Assembly (NCBI GenBank): GCA_964492715.1
Contig: CAZBLK010000001.1
Location: forward strand, 68,143 to 132,142
Source: an uncultured Defluviitaleaceae bacterium
GTDB lineage: Bacteria > Bacillota > Clostridia > Lachnospirales > WRBF01
Direction: 5' to 3'
Length of the DNA: 64,000 bases
Below are positions 44,183 to 56,283 of the stretch, piece after piece; the stretch's first letter is position 1, and the number at the start of each line of letters is the position of its first letter. The translations under genes were made by a program, and so were the position numbers. The notes beneath the pieces are model-generated. The model was not told the origin of the DNA. It made no database searches and worked only from the letters and a program-made list of their open reading frames with translations.

Positions 44183-45661
44183 ATGGATAATTTGAATAAT
44201 GAAAACATGAATAACGAAAACTTTAATAATGAAACATTTCCGCAAAATACTCAAGTAGGAAATGAACCTATCGAAAATACAGCAGCCGAAGTAAGCTTAG
44301 TTTCGCCGTTAGAGCAAACTGTTGTTGAGAAGAAGCTTGACGAAAACATGTTGGCTTCAAACGAAGTTGTTGCAGATGTTATTGAAAGTACGACAGAAAG
44401 TACAGAAAACTCAAATACTTTACAAGAGGTTGAAAATAATTCCGAACAAAAGACTGAAGAAAGGAAAAGAGGCTTTTCATCAAGCTTTAAGCGCACTGTA
44501 GCTGTTGCAAGCATTGTAAGCATTTTGGGCGGAAGCTCAATAGGGCTTGGGTATGCGGTTGGTAAGCCTTTTTCCGACAAATATGTTCGTCCGCTTATTA
44601 CAGGGCAGACAAGTAATAGTTTTCAGACTGTAGAACCTGTTGAAATTAACACAAGCACAGAATATATGTCGAGCAACGGATACTACGATTATGTTACTGT
44701 AATTGAAAAAGTAAAGCCTGCTGTCGTTACAATTACAACGGTAGTAGCAGCACAGTCTGGCTCTAACTTCTTTGGTGGTGCAGAACGCCCTAGCGCAGGA
44801 ACAGGGATAATTTATCAAGAGGACGAAACCAACATCTTTATAGCAACAAACAACCATGTAGTTGCTGGCGGAACAGCCATTAAAGTTTCGGTAATGGACA
44901 AGGAGCCTGTTTCCGCAAGCCTAATCGGGTACGACAGTAAGTCAGACCTTGCAGTAATTTCTATTAAGAAGGAAGACCTTACAAAAATGGGTATTACATC
45001 TGTAGTTTTTGGTACTTTTGGAAACTCGGATAACTTGAAAATTGGTGAGCCTGTAGTTGCAATTGGAAATGCACTAGGCGAGGGCAACATTGCTACAAAC
45101 GGTATTATAACCTCTGAACCAAAAGAAATTACAATTGACGGCAAAACGTTAAAGGTTATCCAAACAAATGCTGCAATAAACCCAGGAAACAGCGGTGGGC
45201 CTCTTGTAAACATGCGTGGCGAAATTATTGGCATAAACACGGCGAAGCTTATGCAAAGCGGAACATTTTTCAGCACTACAACTGTCGAAGGAATTGGATA
45301 CAGCATTCCGTCAAGCGTTGCTGTTCCTATACTTAACGAAGCAATGACCCAAATTGAAAGGCCGATTCTTGGCATTACTGGAGGCAATGTGAGGGAAGAC
45401 ATTGCAAGTGCGTTCAACCTTCCTTTTGGTGTTTTAGTTGATATGGTGGCAGAAGGAAGTGCTGCCAAAAAAGCTGGAATTGAACCTTACGACATCATTA
45501 CTTCGTTTAACGGCAAAGCAGTGCTTAACATGGAACAACTTCAAAAGTTTATTGGCGAATGTAAGATTGGTGACAAAGTTAAAATTAAAGTTTTAAGAAA
45601 TGGCGAAGAGGTTATTGAACTTGAAGCTGTTCTTCAAAGTAAATCAGATACAAGTTTTTAG
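44183..45661 (+). CDS. HtrA/DegP-family serine protease with a PDZ domain (copy 2)
   Basis: TNNHV, DLAVI, GNSGGPL triad and a PDZ domain. Asn/Glu-rich N-terminal region. Confidence 0.92.
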   Translation: MDNLNNENMNNENFNNETFPQNTQVGNEPIENTAAEVSLVSPLEQTVVEKKLDENMLASNEVVADVIESTTESTENSNTLQEVENNSEQKTEERKRGFSSSFKRTVAVASIVSILGGSSIGLGYAVGKPFSDKYVRPLITGQTSNSFQTVEPVEINTSTEYMSSNGYYDYVTVIEKVKPAVVTITTVVAAQSGSNFFGGAERPSAGTGIIYQEDETNIFIATNNHVVAGGTAIKVSVMDKEPVSASLIGYDSKSDLAVISIKKEDLTKMGITSVVFGTFGNSDNLKIGEPVVAIGNALGEGNIATNGIITSEPKEITIDGKTLKVIQTNAAINPGNSGGPLVNMRGEIIGINTAKLMQSGTFFSTTTVEGIGYSIPSSVAVPILNEAMTQIERPILGITGGNVREDIASAFNLPFGVLVDMVAEGSAAKKAGIEPYDIITSFNGKAVLNMEQLQKFIGECKIGDKVKIKVLRNGEEVIELEAVLQSKSDTSF

Positions 45662-45706
45662 GGCGATTATTGGTGAATGGATTTACAAAACACAACCAAG
45701 TTAAAG

Positions 45707-45750
45707 AAAGAGCTTACCTGTGCTGATGCAAAAGGTAAGCTCTTTTAAAT
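45707..45750 (+). terminator. intrinsic terminator after htrA copy 2
   Basis: aaagagcttacc / ggtaagctcttt 12-bp stem followed by a T-run. Confidence 0.8.
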
Positions 45751-45786
45751 AAATTCAAAAAAATCAAAAAGCAGTAAAAAACACTA

Positions 45787-45815
45787 TTGACATAATTTAC
45801 AACGTATGGTATTCT
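45787..45815 (+). promoter_or_regulatory. candidate sigma-A promoter for rpoBC
   Basis: TTGACA (45787-45792), 17 nt spacer, TATTCT preceded by tgg. A second extended -10 (tgttataat) lies near 45943. Confidence 0.45.
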
Positions 45816-46234
45816 ATACAGTAATTCGTCAATTTATAGATTGATTGATGTTCATATACATGTTACTTTACCATAGTTTTTTACAAATTTCAACATGTTT
45901 TTTCATAAACACTCACTTTTTAAAATAAAAATTTGGTGTTTATTGTTATAATTTAAGTTTTTTTGCTGTTAAAAGCAAAATTAAACCCTGATAACGCCAA
46001 AAAGGTTTTATCGAAAAGAGACTAAAGGGTGAAATTTTATTTATGCCTTACTGTTATGTAAAGAGCCGAAAACTTGTTTGTGGCGTTAATTACTGAGAAC
46101 CGATTGCCGTTTGGCTTTCGGTTTGTCTGGTTTGTTCGTTTCAGGCAATTAGTCGGCATTTTTATGTGCTTCATATATATGTTTAGTTTATACATGTAGG
46201 CGTGGTTTTATGAATTTTCCAAAGAGGTGGTAGA

Positions 46235-49200
46235 ATGGTAAAAAATAGGATAAGGCCTATTAAGCTTGGCAATGAAGTTCGCATGAGCTACTCTGGAATT
46301 GATGAAGTTTTAGAGATGCCTAACTTGATTGAGGTTCAAAAGGACAGCTATAGCTGGTTCTTGAGCGAGGGGCTTAAAGAGGTTTTCCGTGACATTTCCC
46401 CAATTACCGATTACAGCGGCAACTTGGTGCTGGAGTTTATTGACTTTAAGCTTGACTCCAAGCCAAAATATACTATTGAGGAGTGTAAAGAGCGTGACAC
46501 CACATATGCTGCGCCGCTCCGTGTTAAGTGCAGGCTTCACAACAAGGAAGTTGATGAAATAAAGGAACAAGAAATTTTCATGGGCGACTTTCCGCTTATG
46601 ACAGACACAGGCACGTTTATTATAAACGGTGCAGAGCGTGTTATCGTAAGCCAGCTTGTTCGTTCACCTGGCATTTATTACTCTATAGACCACGACAGAA
46701 CAGGTAAAGAACTTATTTCGTGCACGGTTATACCAAACCGTGGAGCATGGCTTGAATATGAAACAGATTCAAATGACGTTTTCAGCGTTCGGGTTGACAG
46801 AACTCGCAAAGTTCCTGTTACAGTTTTGATACGCTCTTTAGGCGTAGGCACAGACACTGAAATTATTGAGCTTTTTGGTGAAGAACCAAAAATTCTTTCT
46901 TCTATTGAAAAAGACACAAGCAAAACGTATGAAGAAGGGCTTCTTGAGATTTACAGGCGTGTTCGCCCAGGCGAACCTCCGACTGTTGAAAGCTCGGAGT
47001 CGCTTCTTAGAAGCATGTTCTTCGACCCAAAAAGGTATGACTTGGCAAAGGTTGGACGTTACAAGTTTAACAAAAAATTAAGCCTTCGCACAAGAATTAA
47101 AGGCTTTACGCTTGCAGAAAACGTTGTAGACTTGGAAACAGGCGAAGTTGTGGCCGAAGAAGGGCAAGTTGTTGACATTGCACTTGCTGACGCAATTCAA
47201 GATTCTGGCGTTGCTTACGTTTATGTTAACGCTGACGGCAGAAAGGTAAAAGTTCTTTCAAACCTTATGGTCGACATAAACCAGCACATTGCACCTTTTG
47301 GTTTTAAAGGTGAAGACTTTGGAATTAAAGAAAAAGTTTACTACCCATTCCTTAAAGAATTAATTCAACAATACACTATTCCAAAGGAATTGGAGCAAGC
47401 TATTTATCAAAACATTGGGAAGCTTATTCCTAAGCACATTACGCTTGAGGACATTATGGCTTCTATCAACTACGCAATTAACCTTGACTACGGCATAGGG
47501 CACAAAGACGACATCGACCATTTGGGCAACCGCAGAATTAGGGCGGTTGGCGAGCTTTTGCAAAACCAATTTAGAATTGGGCTTGCAAGAATGGAACGTG
47601 TTGTTCGTGAGCGTATGACTATTCAAGACATGGACATTGTTACGCCGCAGGCGCTTATTAACATTCGCCCTGTAACAGCAGCAATTAAAGAGTTTTTTGG
47701 AAGCTCACAGCTTTCACAATTTATGGACCAAACAAACCCTCTTGGCGAACTTGCACACAAGAGAAGGCTTTCGGCTTTAGGCCCTGGCGGTCTTTCAAGA
47801 GACAGAGCAGGCTTTGAAGTGCGTGACGTTCACAGCTCGCACTACGGCAGAATGTGCCCGATTGAAACGCCTGAAGGTCCAAACATCGGTCTTATTAACT
47901 CGCTTTCAACTTTTGCAAGAATAAATGAGTACGGTTTTATTGAAGCGCCTTATAGAATTGTTGACAAAACAAGCGAAATTCCTCGTGTAACGAACGAGTT
48001 TATATATGTAACTGCCGATGAGGAAGAAAACTACACACTTGCACAAGCAAACGAACCACTTGACGAAAACGGGCACTTCATTCACAAAAAAGTGTCTGGT
48101 CGTTACCATGAAGACGTTATCGAGGTTGACAGAACAGAAATTGACCTTATGGACGTTTCGCCAAAGCAAATTGTTTCGGTTGCGACAGCGCTTATTCCTT
48201 TCCTTGAAAACGACGACGTTTCCAGGGCACTTATGGGCTCTAACATGCAAAGACAAGCAGTTCCTTTGCTTTGCACGTCTTCGCCGATTGTTGGAACAGG
48301 CATGGAGTATAAAACGGCAAGGGACTCTGGCGTTGTTGTAATTGCCAAAAACGAAGGTGTAGTTGACAAAGTTACAGCAAATGAAATTGTCGTAAAAACA
48401 GGAAATAACACAAAAGACGTATACAGGCTTACAAAGTTTTTGCGCTCAAACCAAGGTACTTGCATAAACCAAAGGCCTTTGGTAAACAAAGGACAGTTAA
48501 TTAAGCAAGGCGAAATTATTGCAGACGGCCCTTCAACAGAAAACGGCGAACTTGCCCTTGGCAAAAACCCTCTTATTGGCTTTATGACATGGGAAGGTTT
48601 TAACTATGAAGACGCCATTTTGTTAAGCGAAAAGCTTGTGGAAGCTGACGTTTATACGTCTGTTCATATAGAAGAATACGAGGCAGAAGCTAGAGACACA
48701 AAGCTTGGGCCAGAAGAAATTACCAGAGACATTCCAAACGTCGGCGACGACGCTTTGAAAGACTTGAACGAATCAGGTATTATCCGTATCGGTGCAGAGG
48801 TTTCACCTAACGACATTTTGGTAGGCAAAGTTACGCCAAAGGGTGAAACAGAGCTTACGGCTGAAGAACGTTTGCTTCGTGCAATCTTTGGCGAAAAGGC
48901 TCGTGAAGTAAGAGATACTTCACTTCGTGTACCACACGGCGAAAGCGGAATAATTGTTGACGTTAAAATTTTCACACGTGAAAATGGTGACGAGCTTCCA
49001 CCTGGCGTAAATCAACTTGTTCGTGTTTATATCGCTCAAAAGCGCAAAATTTCTGTAGGCGACAAAATGGCAGGAAGACATGGTAACAAGGGCGTTATTT
49101 CAAGGGTGCTCCCAGTTGAGGACATGCCTTTCCTTCCAAATGGAAGGCCGCTTGATATCGTGCTTAACCCTCTTGGCGTTCCAGGGCGTATGAACATTGG

Positions 49201-50254
49201 GCAAATTCTTGAAGTTCACTTGGGTCTTGCGGCAAAAGTTCTTGGCTGGAAAGTTGCGACACCTGTTTTTGACGGTGCAAACGAAGTTGACATAATGGAC
49301 ACTTTAGAGCTTGCAAACGATTATGCAAACACAGAGTGGGAGGAATTTTCTTCTAAGTGGAAAGGCATAATTGAAGACTACATTTTTGAGTCGCTCGAAG
49401 AAAACAAAGAACACAGAAACGAATGGAAGGGCGTTCCAATTAGCCGTGACGGTAAAATTTGGCTTAGAGACGGACGTTCTGGTGAATATTTCGACAACCC
49501 AATCACTGTTGGATACATGCACTACTTGAAGCTTCACCACTTGGTTGACGATAAAATTCATGCTCGTTCCACAGGCCCTTACTCACTTGTTACGCAGCAG
49601 CCGTTGGGCGGTAAAGCACAATTCGGCGGTCAGCGTTTCGGTGAGATGGAAGTTTGGGCGCTTGAAGCTTATGGCGCAGCTTATACGCTTCAAGAAATTT
49701 TGACAGTTAAGTCGGACGACATTGTCGGACGTGTTAAAACGTATGAAGCAATTGTTAAGGGCGAAAACATTCCAGAGCCTGGCGTTCCAGAATCGTTTAA
49801 AGTTCTTTTAAAGGAATTACAGGCGTTGGCACTTGACGTTCGTGTGCTTCTTGAAGATGCAACCGAAGTTGAAATTAGAGAATCTATTGACGACATTGAC
49901 GACTTGAACGTTAATATAGAAGGCAAGGAAAGCGACCCTGTTCGACATGATAAGCCTCATGTAAGCAAAGGCTATAATCAGATGAACATAATTGACATAA
50001 GCGGCGACGAGGACGACATTGACGAATTTGGCGATATGTCACGTGAACCTTTTGATGGTGATTCTGACATGGAGCCAGACCTTGACGACCTTGACCTTGA
50101 CATGAACCCAGACGACGACATGCCCGACTTCCCAGATGACGTTGACGACGACTTCTTAATGGGCAAAGATTTAATTTTGGGCAGCGAGCTTTTTGATGAT
50201 TCTTTAATGAACAGTGAAGAATTACCAGATGATTTAGACTTGTTTGATAATTAA
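46235..50254 (+). CDS. rpoB: DNA-directed RNA polymerase subunit beta
   Basis: 1339 aa, canonical throughout, with a long acidic C-terminal tail. RBS gaggtgg. Confidence 0.98.
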   Translation: MVKNRIRPIKLGNEVRMSYSGIDEVLEMPNLIEVQKDSYSWFLSEGLKEVFRDISPITDYSGNLVLEFIDFKLDSKPKYTIEECKERDTTYAAPLRVKCRLHNKEVDEIKEQEIFMGDFPLMTDTGTFIINGAERVIVSQLVRSPGIYYSIDHDRTGKELISCTVIPNRGAWLEYETDSNDVFSVRVDRTRKVPVTVLIRSLGVGTDTEIIELFGEEPKILSSIEKDTSKTYEEGLLEIYRRVRPGEPPTVESSESLLRSMFFDPKRYDLAKVGRYKFNKKLSLRTRIKGFTLAENVVDLETGEVVAEEGQVVDIALADAIQDSGVAYVYVNADGRKVKVLSNLMVDINQHIAPFGFKGEDFGIKEKVYYPFLKELIQQYTIPKELEQAIYQNIGKLIPKHITLEDIMASINYAINLDYGIGHKDDIDHLGNRRIRAVGELLQNQFRIGLARMERVVRERMTIQDMDIVTPQALINIRPVTAAIKEFFGSSQLSQFMDQTNPLGELAHKRRLSALGPGGLSRDRAGFEVRDVHSSHYGRMCPIETPEGPNIGLINSLSTFARINEYGFIEAPYRIVDKTSEIPRVTNEFIYVTADEEENYTLAQANEPLDENGHFIHKKVSGRYHEDVIEVDRTEIDLMDVSPKQIVSVATALIPFLENDDVSRALMGSNMQRQAVPLLCTSSPIVGTGMEYKTARDSGVVVIAKNEGVVDKVTANEIVVKTGNNTKDVYRLTKFLRSNQGTCINQRPLVNKGQLIKQGEIIADGPSTENGELALGKNPLIGFMTWEGFNYEDAILLSEKLVEADVYTSVHIEEYEAEARDTKLGPEEITRDIPNVGDDALKDLNESGIIRIGAEVSPNDILVGKVTPKGETELTAEERLLRAIFGEKAREVRDTSLRVPHGESGIIVDVKIFTRENGDELPPGVNQLVRVYIAQKRKISVGDKMAGRHGNKGVISRVLPVEDMPFLPNGRPLDIVLNPLGVPGRMNIGQILEVHLGLAAKVLGWKVATPVFDGANEVDIMDTLELANDYANTEWEEFSSKWKGIIEDYIFESLEENKEHRNEWKGVPISRDGKIWLRDGRSGEYFDNPITVGYMHYLKLHHLVDDKIHARSTGPYSLVTQQPLGGKAQFGGQRFGEMEVWALEAYGAAYTLQEILTVKSDDIVGRVKTYEAIVKGENIPEPGVPESFKVLLKELQALALDVRVLLEDATEVEIRESIDDIDDLNVNIEGKESDPVRHDKPHVSKGYNQMNIIDISGDEDDIDEFGDMSREPFDGDSDMEPDLDDLDLDMNPDDDMPDFPDDVDDDFLMGKDLILGSELFDDSLMNSEELPDDLDLFDN

Positions 50255-50336
50255 TATATAGCAGTTTGGCGGTATGTTTAAACCGTTACATTTTCTCTTT
50301 TAAGAGTAAATGCTACAAAGTGAGAGGAGAAATGAG

Positions 50337-53300
50337 ATGACAACCCAAAACACAGAGCAATCAATTACGTTTGATTCTATAAAAATTGGCTTGGCTTCTC
50401 CTGAAAAAATTCGTGAATGGTCACGTGGTGAAGTAAAAAAACCCGAAACCATTAACTATCGTACTTTGAAGCCAGAACGTGACGGGCTTTTTTGTGAACG
50501 AATTTTTGGGCCAAACAAAGACTGGGAATGTCACTGTGGAAAATATAAGCGTATTCGCTACAAAGGCATAGTTTGTGACAGATGCGGCGTTGAAGTAACA
50601 AAGTCAAAAGTTAGGCGTGAACGCATGGGGCACATTGAGCTTGCTGCCCCTGTTTCCCACATTTGGTATTTTAGGGGAATACCTAGCCGAATGGGGCTTA
50701 TTCTTGGCATGTCGCCACGCTCGCTTGAAAAGGTTTTGTACTTTGCTTCTTACATTGTGCTTGACCCAGGCGATTCACTTTTGCAGTACAAACAAATTCT
50801 TACGGAAAAGGAATACCGTGAGTCTTTGGAAAAGTATGGCAACACCTTTAGGGTTGGTATGGGCGCAGAATCTATTAAAGAAATTCTTGCAAACATTGAC
50901 CTTGAGAAGGAAGCCGCAGAAATAAAATATGCTTTGAAAGATGCAAGCGGACAAAAGCGTATTCGCTTCATTAAAAAGCTTGAAGTAATCGAGTCGTTTA
51001 GGCTTTCGGGCAACCGCCCTGATTGGATGGTTTTAGATGTTGTTCCAGTAATTCCGCCAGACCTTCGCCCAATGGTGCAGCTTGACGGCGGCAGGTTTGC
51101 AACGTCCGACCTTAATGACCTTTACAGACGTGTTATAAACAGAAACAATCGCCTAAAAAGACTTCTTGACTTAGGCGCACCAGATATTATTGTTAGAAAC
51201 GAAAAGCGTATGCTTCAAGAAGCTGTTGACGCATTAATCGACAACGGCAGAAGGGGCAGGCCAGTAACAGGCCCTGGCAACAGGCCGCTTAAATCACTTT
51301 CTGACTTGCTTAAAGGTAAACAAGGACGCTTTAGGCAAAACCTTTTGGGTAAACGTGTTGACTATTCTGGGCGTTCGGTTATCGTTGTTGGCCCTAACCT
51401 TAAATTGTACCAATGCGGGCTTCCAAAGGAAATGGCAATTGAACTTTTCAAGCCTTTTGTAATGAAAAAGCTTGTTCAAGAAGGGCTTGCGCACAACATA
51501 AAGTCGGCAAAGCGTATGGTTGAGCGTATGCAAACCGAAGTTTGGGACGTTCTCGAAGACGTTATTAAGGAACACCCAGTTATGCTAAACCGTGCACCAA
51601 CGCTTCACCGTCTTGGTATTCAAGCGTTCGAGCCTGTTCTTGTAGAGGGTAGGGCGCTAAAGCTTCACCCACTTGTATGTACGGCATATAATGCCGACTT
51701 TGACGGTGACCAAATGGCTGTTCACGTTCCGCTTTCAGTTGAAGCACAGGCAGAGTGCCGCTTCTTGCTGCTAGCGCCAAACAACCTTTTGAAGCCATCA
51801 GACGGTGCGCCTGTTACAGTTCCTTCACAGGACATGGTTCTTGGCATTTACTACCTTACACTTAAAAAGGAAAATGACAAGGGTGACGGAAAATATTTTA
51901 AAGATGAAGATGAAGCAATTCTTGCTTACAACAATGGCGTAATTTCTTTGCACGCAAGAATCTTTGTTCGCAGAACAATTGAAGTTGACGGCGTTAAGCA
52001 TTCAAAGGTTATTGAATGTACTGTAGGAAGAATTATTTTGAACGAAGCAATTCCACAAGATATCGGCATTGTTGACAGGTCGATTTTTGAAAACAAGTTC
52101 TTGCTTGAAATTGACTTCCTTTGCGACAAAAAGCTTCTTGCAAAAATTATTACTCGCTGCATAAACAAGCACGATTCTACAAAAACAGCAATCGTGTTGG
52201 ATAAAATAAAGTCGCTTGGCTTTAGGTATTCTACCCAAGGCGCAATTACAGTATCCATTTCTGACATGGATATTCCTGGCGACAAGCAAGCGTTGCTTGA
52301 CGAAGCTGAAAACAAAGTTGACCAAATTACAAGGCTTTTCAGACGTGGCTTAATGACAAACGAAGAACGCCATGACAAAGTTATTGAAGCTTGGACAGAA
52401 GCGACAGAAAAAATTACTTCTGAAAAGTTGTCAAACATTGGCAGATACAACAACATCTTTATGATGGCAAACTCTGGCGCTCGTGGTTCTAACAACCAGA
52501 TAAAACAGCTTGTTGGTATGCGTGGGCTTATGGCGAAGCCTTCTGGCGGTATTTCCGAAGTTCCTATTAAGTCTAGCTTCCGTGAAGGTCTTTCAGTTTT
52601 GGAATACTCAATTTCTGCACACGGTGCTCGTAAAGGTCTTACAGACACTGCGCTTCGTACAGCAGACTCGGGGTATCTTACAAGGCGTTTGGTTGACGTT
52701 TCACAAGACATTATTATTCGTGAATGGGACTGTGTCTCCGAGCATGACGAAGCCCCTGGCATGTGGGTAAGTGCGTTTAAAGATGGCGACGAAGTTATTG
52801 AACCACTTACAGACAGAATTCGTGGGCGTTGGTCTACACAACAAATTGTTGACCCTAACACTGGCGAAGTGCTTGTGGAAGCCGACACAATGGTTACACC
52901 TGACCAAGCAGAAGCTGTTGTAAAAGCTGGCATTGATAAAGTGCATATAAGAACAATTCTTACTTGCCGCTCAAAAATTGGGCTTTGCTCAAAGTGCTAC
53001 GGCGCAAACATGGCTTCTGGGCGCATTGTTCGTGTTGGCGAATCTGTTGGTATCATTGCCGCACAGTCTATCGGTGAGCCTGGTACACAGCTTACAATGC
53101 GTACTTTCCAAACAGGTGGTATTGCAAGTAACGAAGACATTACTCAAGGTCTTCCTCGTGTAGAGGAACTTTTTGAGGCAAGAAAGCCAAAGGGTCTTGC
53201 AATTATTGCGGAGTTCGGCGGAAAAGTAACTGTAAACGAAACAAAGAAAAAGCGTGAAGTTGTAATTACAAGCCTTGAAACTGGCGAAGCTAAAGAGTAT

Positions 53301-53936
53301 TTAATTCCTTACGGCTCTCGCATAAAGGTTTACACAGGCGACATAGTTGACGCAGGTGATGAGCTTACAGAAGGTAGCGTTTATCCGCATGACATTTTGA
53401 AAATCAAAGGGCTTCGTGGTGTTCAAGACTACATGCTTCAAGAGGTTCAAAGAGTTTATCGCTTGCAAGGCGTTGATATTAACGATAAGCACATTGAGGT
53501 TATCGTTCGCCAAATGTTAAAGCGTGTTAAAATAGAGGAAAATGGCGATGCCGACTTGCTTCCAGGCAGCCTTATAGACTGGCTGGAGTTTGAAGAAGTA
53601 AACAAGGCAATTGCTGAAGTTGGCGGCGAGCCTGCCGTTGGAACAAGAGTTCTTCTTGGTATAACAAAAGCTTCGCTTGCGACAGATTCGTTCCTTTCGG
53701 CGGCTTCGTTCCAAGAAACAACCCGTGTTCTTACGGAAGCTTCGATTAAAGGCAAAATTGACCCACTTATCGGGCTTAAAGAAAACGTTATTATCGGTAA
53801 GCTAATACCAGCAGGAACAGGTATGCAAACTTACCGTAGAGTTGACGTTTCGCCTGCTGATAAGGTGCTAGACGAAATTGACTACGACGATGACATTGTT
53901 GCAGATGATGCAAGCGAAATGCTAACGGTTGAATAA
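50337..53936 (+). CDS. rpoC: DNA-directed RNA polymerase subunit beta'
   Basis: Zn-finger [20 protein letters not shown] and catalytic NADFDGD. Start MTTQNTEQ after gagaggag. Confidence 0.98.
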   Translation: MTTQNTEQSITFDSIKIGLASPEKIREWSRGEVKKPETINYRTLKPERDGLFCERIFGPNKDWECHCGKYKRIRYKGIVCDRCGVEVTKSKVRRERMGHIELAAPVSHIWYFRGIPSRMGLILGMSPRSLEKVLYFASYIVLDPGDSLLQYKQILTEKEYRESLEKYGNTFRVGMGAESIKEILANIDLEKEAAEIKYALKDASGQKRIRFIKKLEVIESFRLSGNRPDWMVLDVVPVIPPDLRPMVQLDGGRFATSDLNDLYRRVINRNNRLKRLLDLGAPDIIVRNEKRMLQEAVDALIDNGRRGRPVTGPGNRPLKSLSDLLKGKQGRFRQNLLGKRVDYSGRSVIVVGPNLKLYQCGLPKEMAIELFKPFVMKKLVQEGLAHNIKSAKRMVERMQTEVWDVLEDVIKEHPVMLNRAPTLHRLGIQAFEPVLVEGRALKLHPLVCTAYNADFDGDQMAVHVPLSVEAQAECRFLLLAPNNLLKPSDGAPVTVPSQDMVLGIYYLTLKKENDKGDGKYFKDEDEAILAYNNGVISLHARIFVRRTIEVDGVKHSKVIECTVGRIILNEAIPQDIGIVDRSIFENKFLLEIDFLCDKKLLAKIITRCINKHDSTKTAIVLDKIKSLGFRYSTQGAITVSISDMDIPGDKQALLDEAENKVDQITRLFRRGLMTNEERHDKVIEAWTEATEKITSEKLSNIGRYNNIFMMANSGARGSNNQIKQLVGMRGLMAKPSGGISEVPIKSSFREGLSVLEYSISAHGARKGLTDTALRTADSGYLTRRLVDVSQDIIIREWDCVSEHDEAPGMWVSAFKDGDEVIEPLTDRIRGRWSTQQIVDPNTGEVLVEADTMVTPDQAEAVVKAGIDKVHIRTILTCRSKIGLCSKCYGANMASGRIVRVGESVGIIAAQSIGEPGTQLTMRTFQTGGIASNEDITQGLPRVEELFEARKPKGLAIIAEFGGKVTVNETKKKREVVITSLETGEAKEYLIPYGSRIKVYTGDIVDAGDELTEGSVYPHDILKIKGLRGVQDYMLQEVQRVYRLQGVDINDKHIEVIVRQMLKRVKIEENGDADLLPGSLIDWLEFEEVNKAIAEVGGEPAVGTRVLLGITKASLATDSFLSAASFQETTRVLTEASIKGKIDPLIGLKENVIIGKLIPAGTGMQTYRRVDVSPADKVLDEIDYDDDIVADDASEMLTVE

Positions 53937-53940
53937 ACAT

Positions 53941-53975
53941 AAAGCCTTTGGGGGATACTCCAAAGGCTTTTGGCT
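53941..53975 (+). terminator. intrinsic terminator after rpoC
   Basis: aaagcctttgg / ccaaaggcttt stem followed by ttggctttg. Confidence 0.8.
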
Positions 53976-54180
53976 TTGTTTGGGAATGAAGTTCACATCA
54001 AGCTAGTACAAAACATACTTTGTAGTATAATTTACTGAATTTTCCAATATACAAAAAAATTACTATAATATTATGGTAAATATATTGCATTTTTTACAAA
54101 AAGTTTTATAATTGATATTGTTATAGCAATTTGAATTAACTAATTTTCATCAACCCCAAAACGAAATGAGGGATTTTTTT

Positions 54181-55257
54181 TTGAACAGACTAAACGTAGT
54201 AGTGCTTTACGGCGGAGTTTCACCAGAGCACGAGGTTTCTAAAATGTCGGCAGCGACAATTGTATCAAACATAGAAGAAGAAAAATATAATGTAATTCCG
54301 TTATATATAACAAAGGAAGGCGAATGGCTTCTTTATGATGGCTCGGTTGACAACTTAAACAATATACAATGGAAGAAGTTTGGCACTAAAGCAGTTTTAA
54401 GCCCCGACAAGTCGGACAGGGGGCTAATTCGCATAGTAAACGACAAAGTTAAAGTTGTTCCTGTTGACGTTGTGTTCCCTGTTTTGCACGGCTCTTTTGG
54501 TGAGGACGGAACAATTCAAGGGCTTTTGGAACTTGCTGGAATACCGTATGTTGGCTGTGGCGTTACAGCTTCGGCTGTTTCAATGGATAAAGCTTTTACA
54601 AAGCTTGTTGCTTCAAGCATGGGCGTTAAACAAGCTGAATATGTAGTGTTCAATAGGTCGGACGTTTCTAGCAAGGACAGTAAAAAGGAAGCATTCAAAA
54701 AGCTTAGAAAAATTGGATACCCATGCTTTGTTAAGCCTGCGAACGCTGGCTCATCTGTTGGTATAACAAAGGTTATGGAAAAAAAGGAGCTTGAAAAGGC
54801 GATTGACATTGCATTACAGCATGACGACAAAGTTATTATTGAAAAGGCAGTTGCTGGACGTGAGCTTGAGTGTGCAGTGTTAGGAAACTACAACACAAAC
54901 GTTGAAGCAACTTCTGTTGGCGAAATTTTATCGGGTGGAGAATTTTACGACTACGACTCAAAGTATGTAAGCAGTGACTCAAAAACTATTGTTAACGCTG
55001 AGTTACCTGCTGAAAAAATTGACGAAATCCGTAATTTAGCAATTATAATTTTCAAGGCAGTAAATGGAAAAGGGCTTGCACGAGTTGACTTTTTCTTAGA
55101 AGACGGAACAGACAAAGTAATCTTTAACGAAATTAACACAATGCCAGGTTTTACAAAAATTAGCATGTACCCAATGCTTTGGAACGAAGCAGGGCTTCCG
55201 CTTCCTGCGCTTATTGATAAGCTTATAATGTTGGCTTTAGAAAGCAGAAGGGCGTGA
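54181..55257 (+). CDS. ddl: D-alanine--D-alanine ligase
   Basis: VVVLYGGVSPEHEVS and an ATP-grasp core. TTG at 54181 follows gaggga (ORF ATG at 54166 has no RBS). Confidence 0.92.
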   Translation: MNRLNVVVLYGGVSPEHEVSKMSAATIVSNIEEEKYNVIPLYITKEGEWLLYDGSVDNLNNIQWKKFGTKAVLSPDKSDRGLIRIVNDKVKVVPVDVVFPVLHGSFGEDGTIQGLLELAGIPYVGCGVTASAVSMDKAFTKLVASSMGVKQAEYVVFNRSDVSSKDSKKEAFKKLRKIGYPCFVKPANAGSSVGITKVMEKKELEKAIDIALQHDDKVIIEKAVAGRELECAVLGNYNTNVEATSVGEILSGGEFYDYDSKYVSSDSKTIVNAELPAEKIDEIRNLAIIIFKAVNGKGLARVDFFLEDGTDKVIFNEINTMPGFTKISMYPMLWNEAGLPLPALIDKLIMLALESRRA

Positions 55258-55261
55258 AACA

Positions 55262-56059
55262 ATGGATAACAGACCTATTGGCATTTTCGATTCGGGCGTT
55301 GGCGGGCTTACAATTGTCAGCGAGGTCATGAAAGCACTTCCAGATGAACAAATAATTTATTTTGGCGATACGGCAAGGGTTCCTTACGGCTCAAAAACAA
55401 AAGAAACGGTAACACGCTTTAGCCGTCAAATAATGAACTTTCTTATTTCAAAGGACGTTAAAGCAATTATCGTTGCATGTAACACAATTTGCACAAACAG
55501 CTTTGACATTTTAAAAAGTGAGTTTACTGTACCACTTCTCGACGTTGTAAACCCTGGGGTTGAAACTTGCCTTGAATCAACTTTAAGCAATAGGGTAGGG
55601 GTAATTGGAACAGAAGCAACAATTAGAAGTGGAAAGTACGAAAGCTTGTTAAAGGAAAAAAGACCAGAGATAAACGTCTTTTCAAAGGCATGTCCTCTTT
55701 TTGTGCCACTTGCAGAAGAAGGCTGGACATCAAACAGCGTTGCATCAATTACAACAGAAATTTATTTGCAAGAGCTTTTAGACAAAGAAATAGACTGCTT
55801 AGTTCTTGGCTGCACGCACTATCCGCTTTTGTACGACTGCATTAGCCGTACAGTTGGTAGTGTAAAAATTGTAAACCCTGCAAAAGCAGTTGCGCAAAAA
55901 ATGCGGAAGTTTTTGCGTGACAAAAACCTTCTCACAGGTGAGAAGGGCAAAGAACACATGTTTTATGTAAGCGACAATTCTTCTAAATTTAATCGAATTT
56001 GCAAGTCGGTTTTGCACAGAGATTACGACGCAATAAAGGTTGACATTGATAAATACTGA
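55262..56059 (+). CDS. murI: glutamate racemase
   Basis: IGIFDSGVGGLT, VACNT and GCTHYP motifs. Confidence 0.95.
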   Translation: MDNRPIGIFDSGVGGLTIVSEVMKALPDEQIIYFGDTARVPYGSKTKETVTRFSRQIMNFLISKDVKAIIVACNTICTNSFDILKSEFTVPLLDVVNPGVETCLESTLSNRVGVIGTEATIRSGKYESLLKEKRPEINVFSKACPLFVPLAEEGWTSNSVASITTEIYLQELLDKEIDCLVLGCTHYPLLYDCISRTVGSVKIVNPAKAVAQKMRKFLRDKNLLTGEKGKEHMFYVSDNSSKFNRICKSVLHRDYDAIKVDIDKY

Positions 56060-56283
56060 AACTATATGTATGAACTGTAGTAATTGAGTGAAGATTACTA
56101 CAGTTCTATGAGTGGATAATCCACTTGCTTTTCACTTGACACTTCTAGGGAATGAGCATGTGAAAAACTTTAAATAATAAAACAATAAGGGGAAGAATAT
56201 GAATTACAATCATATTATTACCTCTGGCAATAGTTTTATACAGTTTTGTTAAAATATTCTGAGAAAATTTCGAGGTGGAATAA

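Noticed and set aside
44815-45468. 217-aa minus-strand ORF inside htrA copy 2. Similar long antisense ORFs occur at 48103-48564 (rpoB) and 51926-52933 (rpoC)
   Set aside because: They are antisense to highly conserved genes. They arise from codon bias and carry no motifs or RBS.
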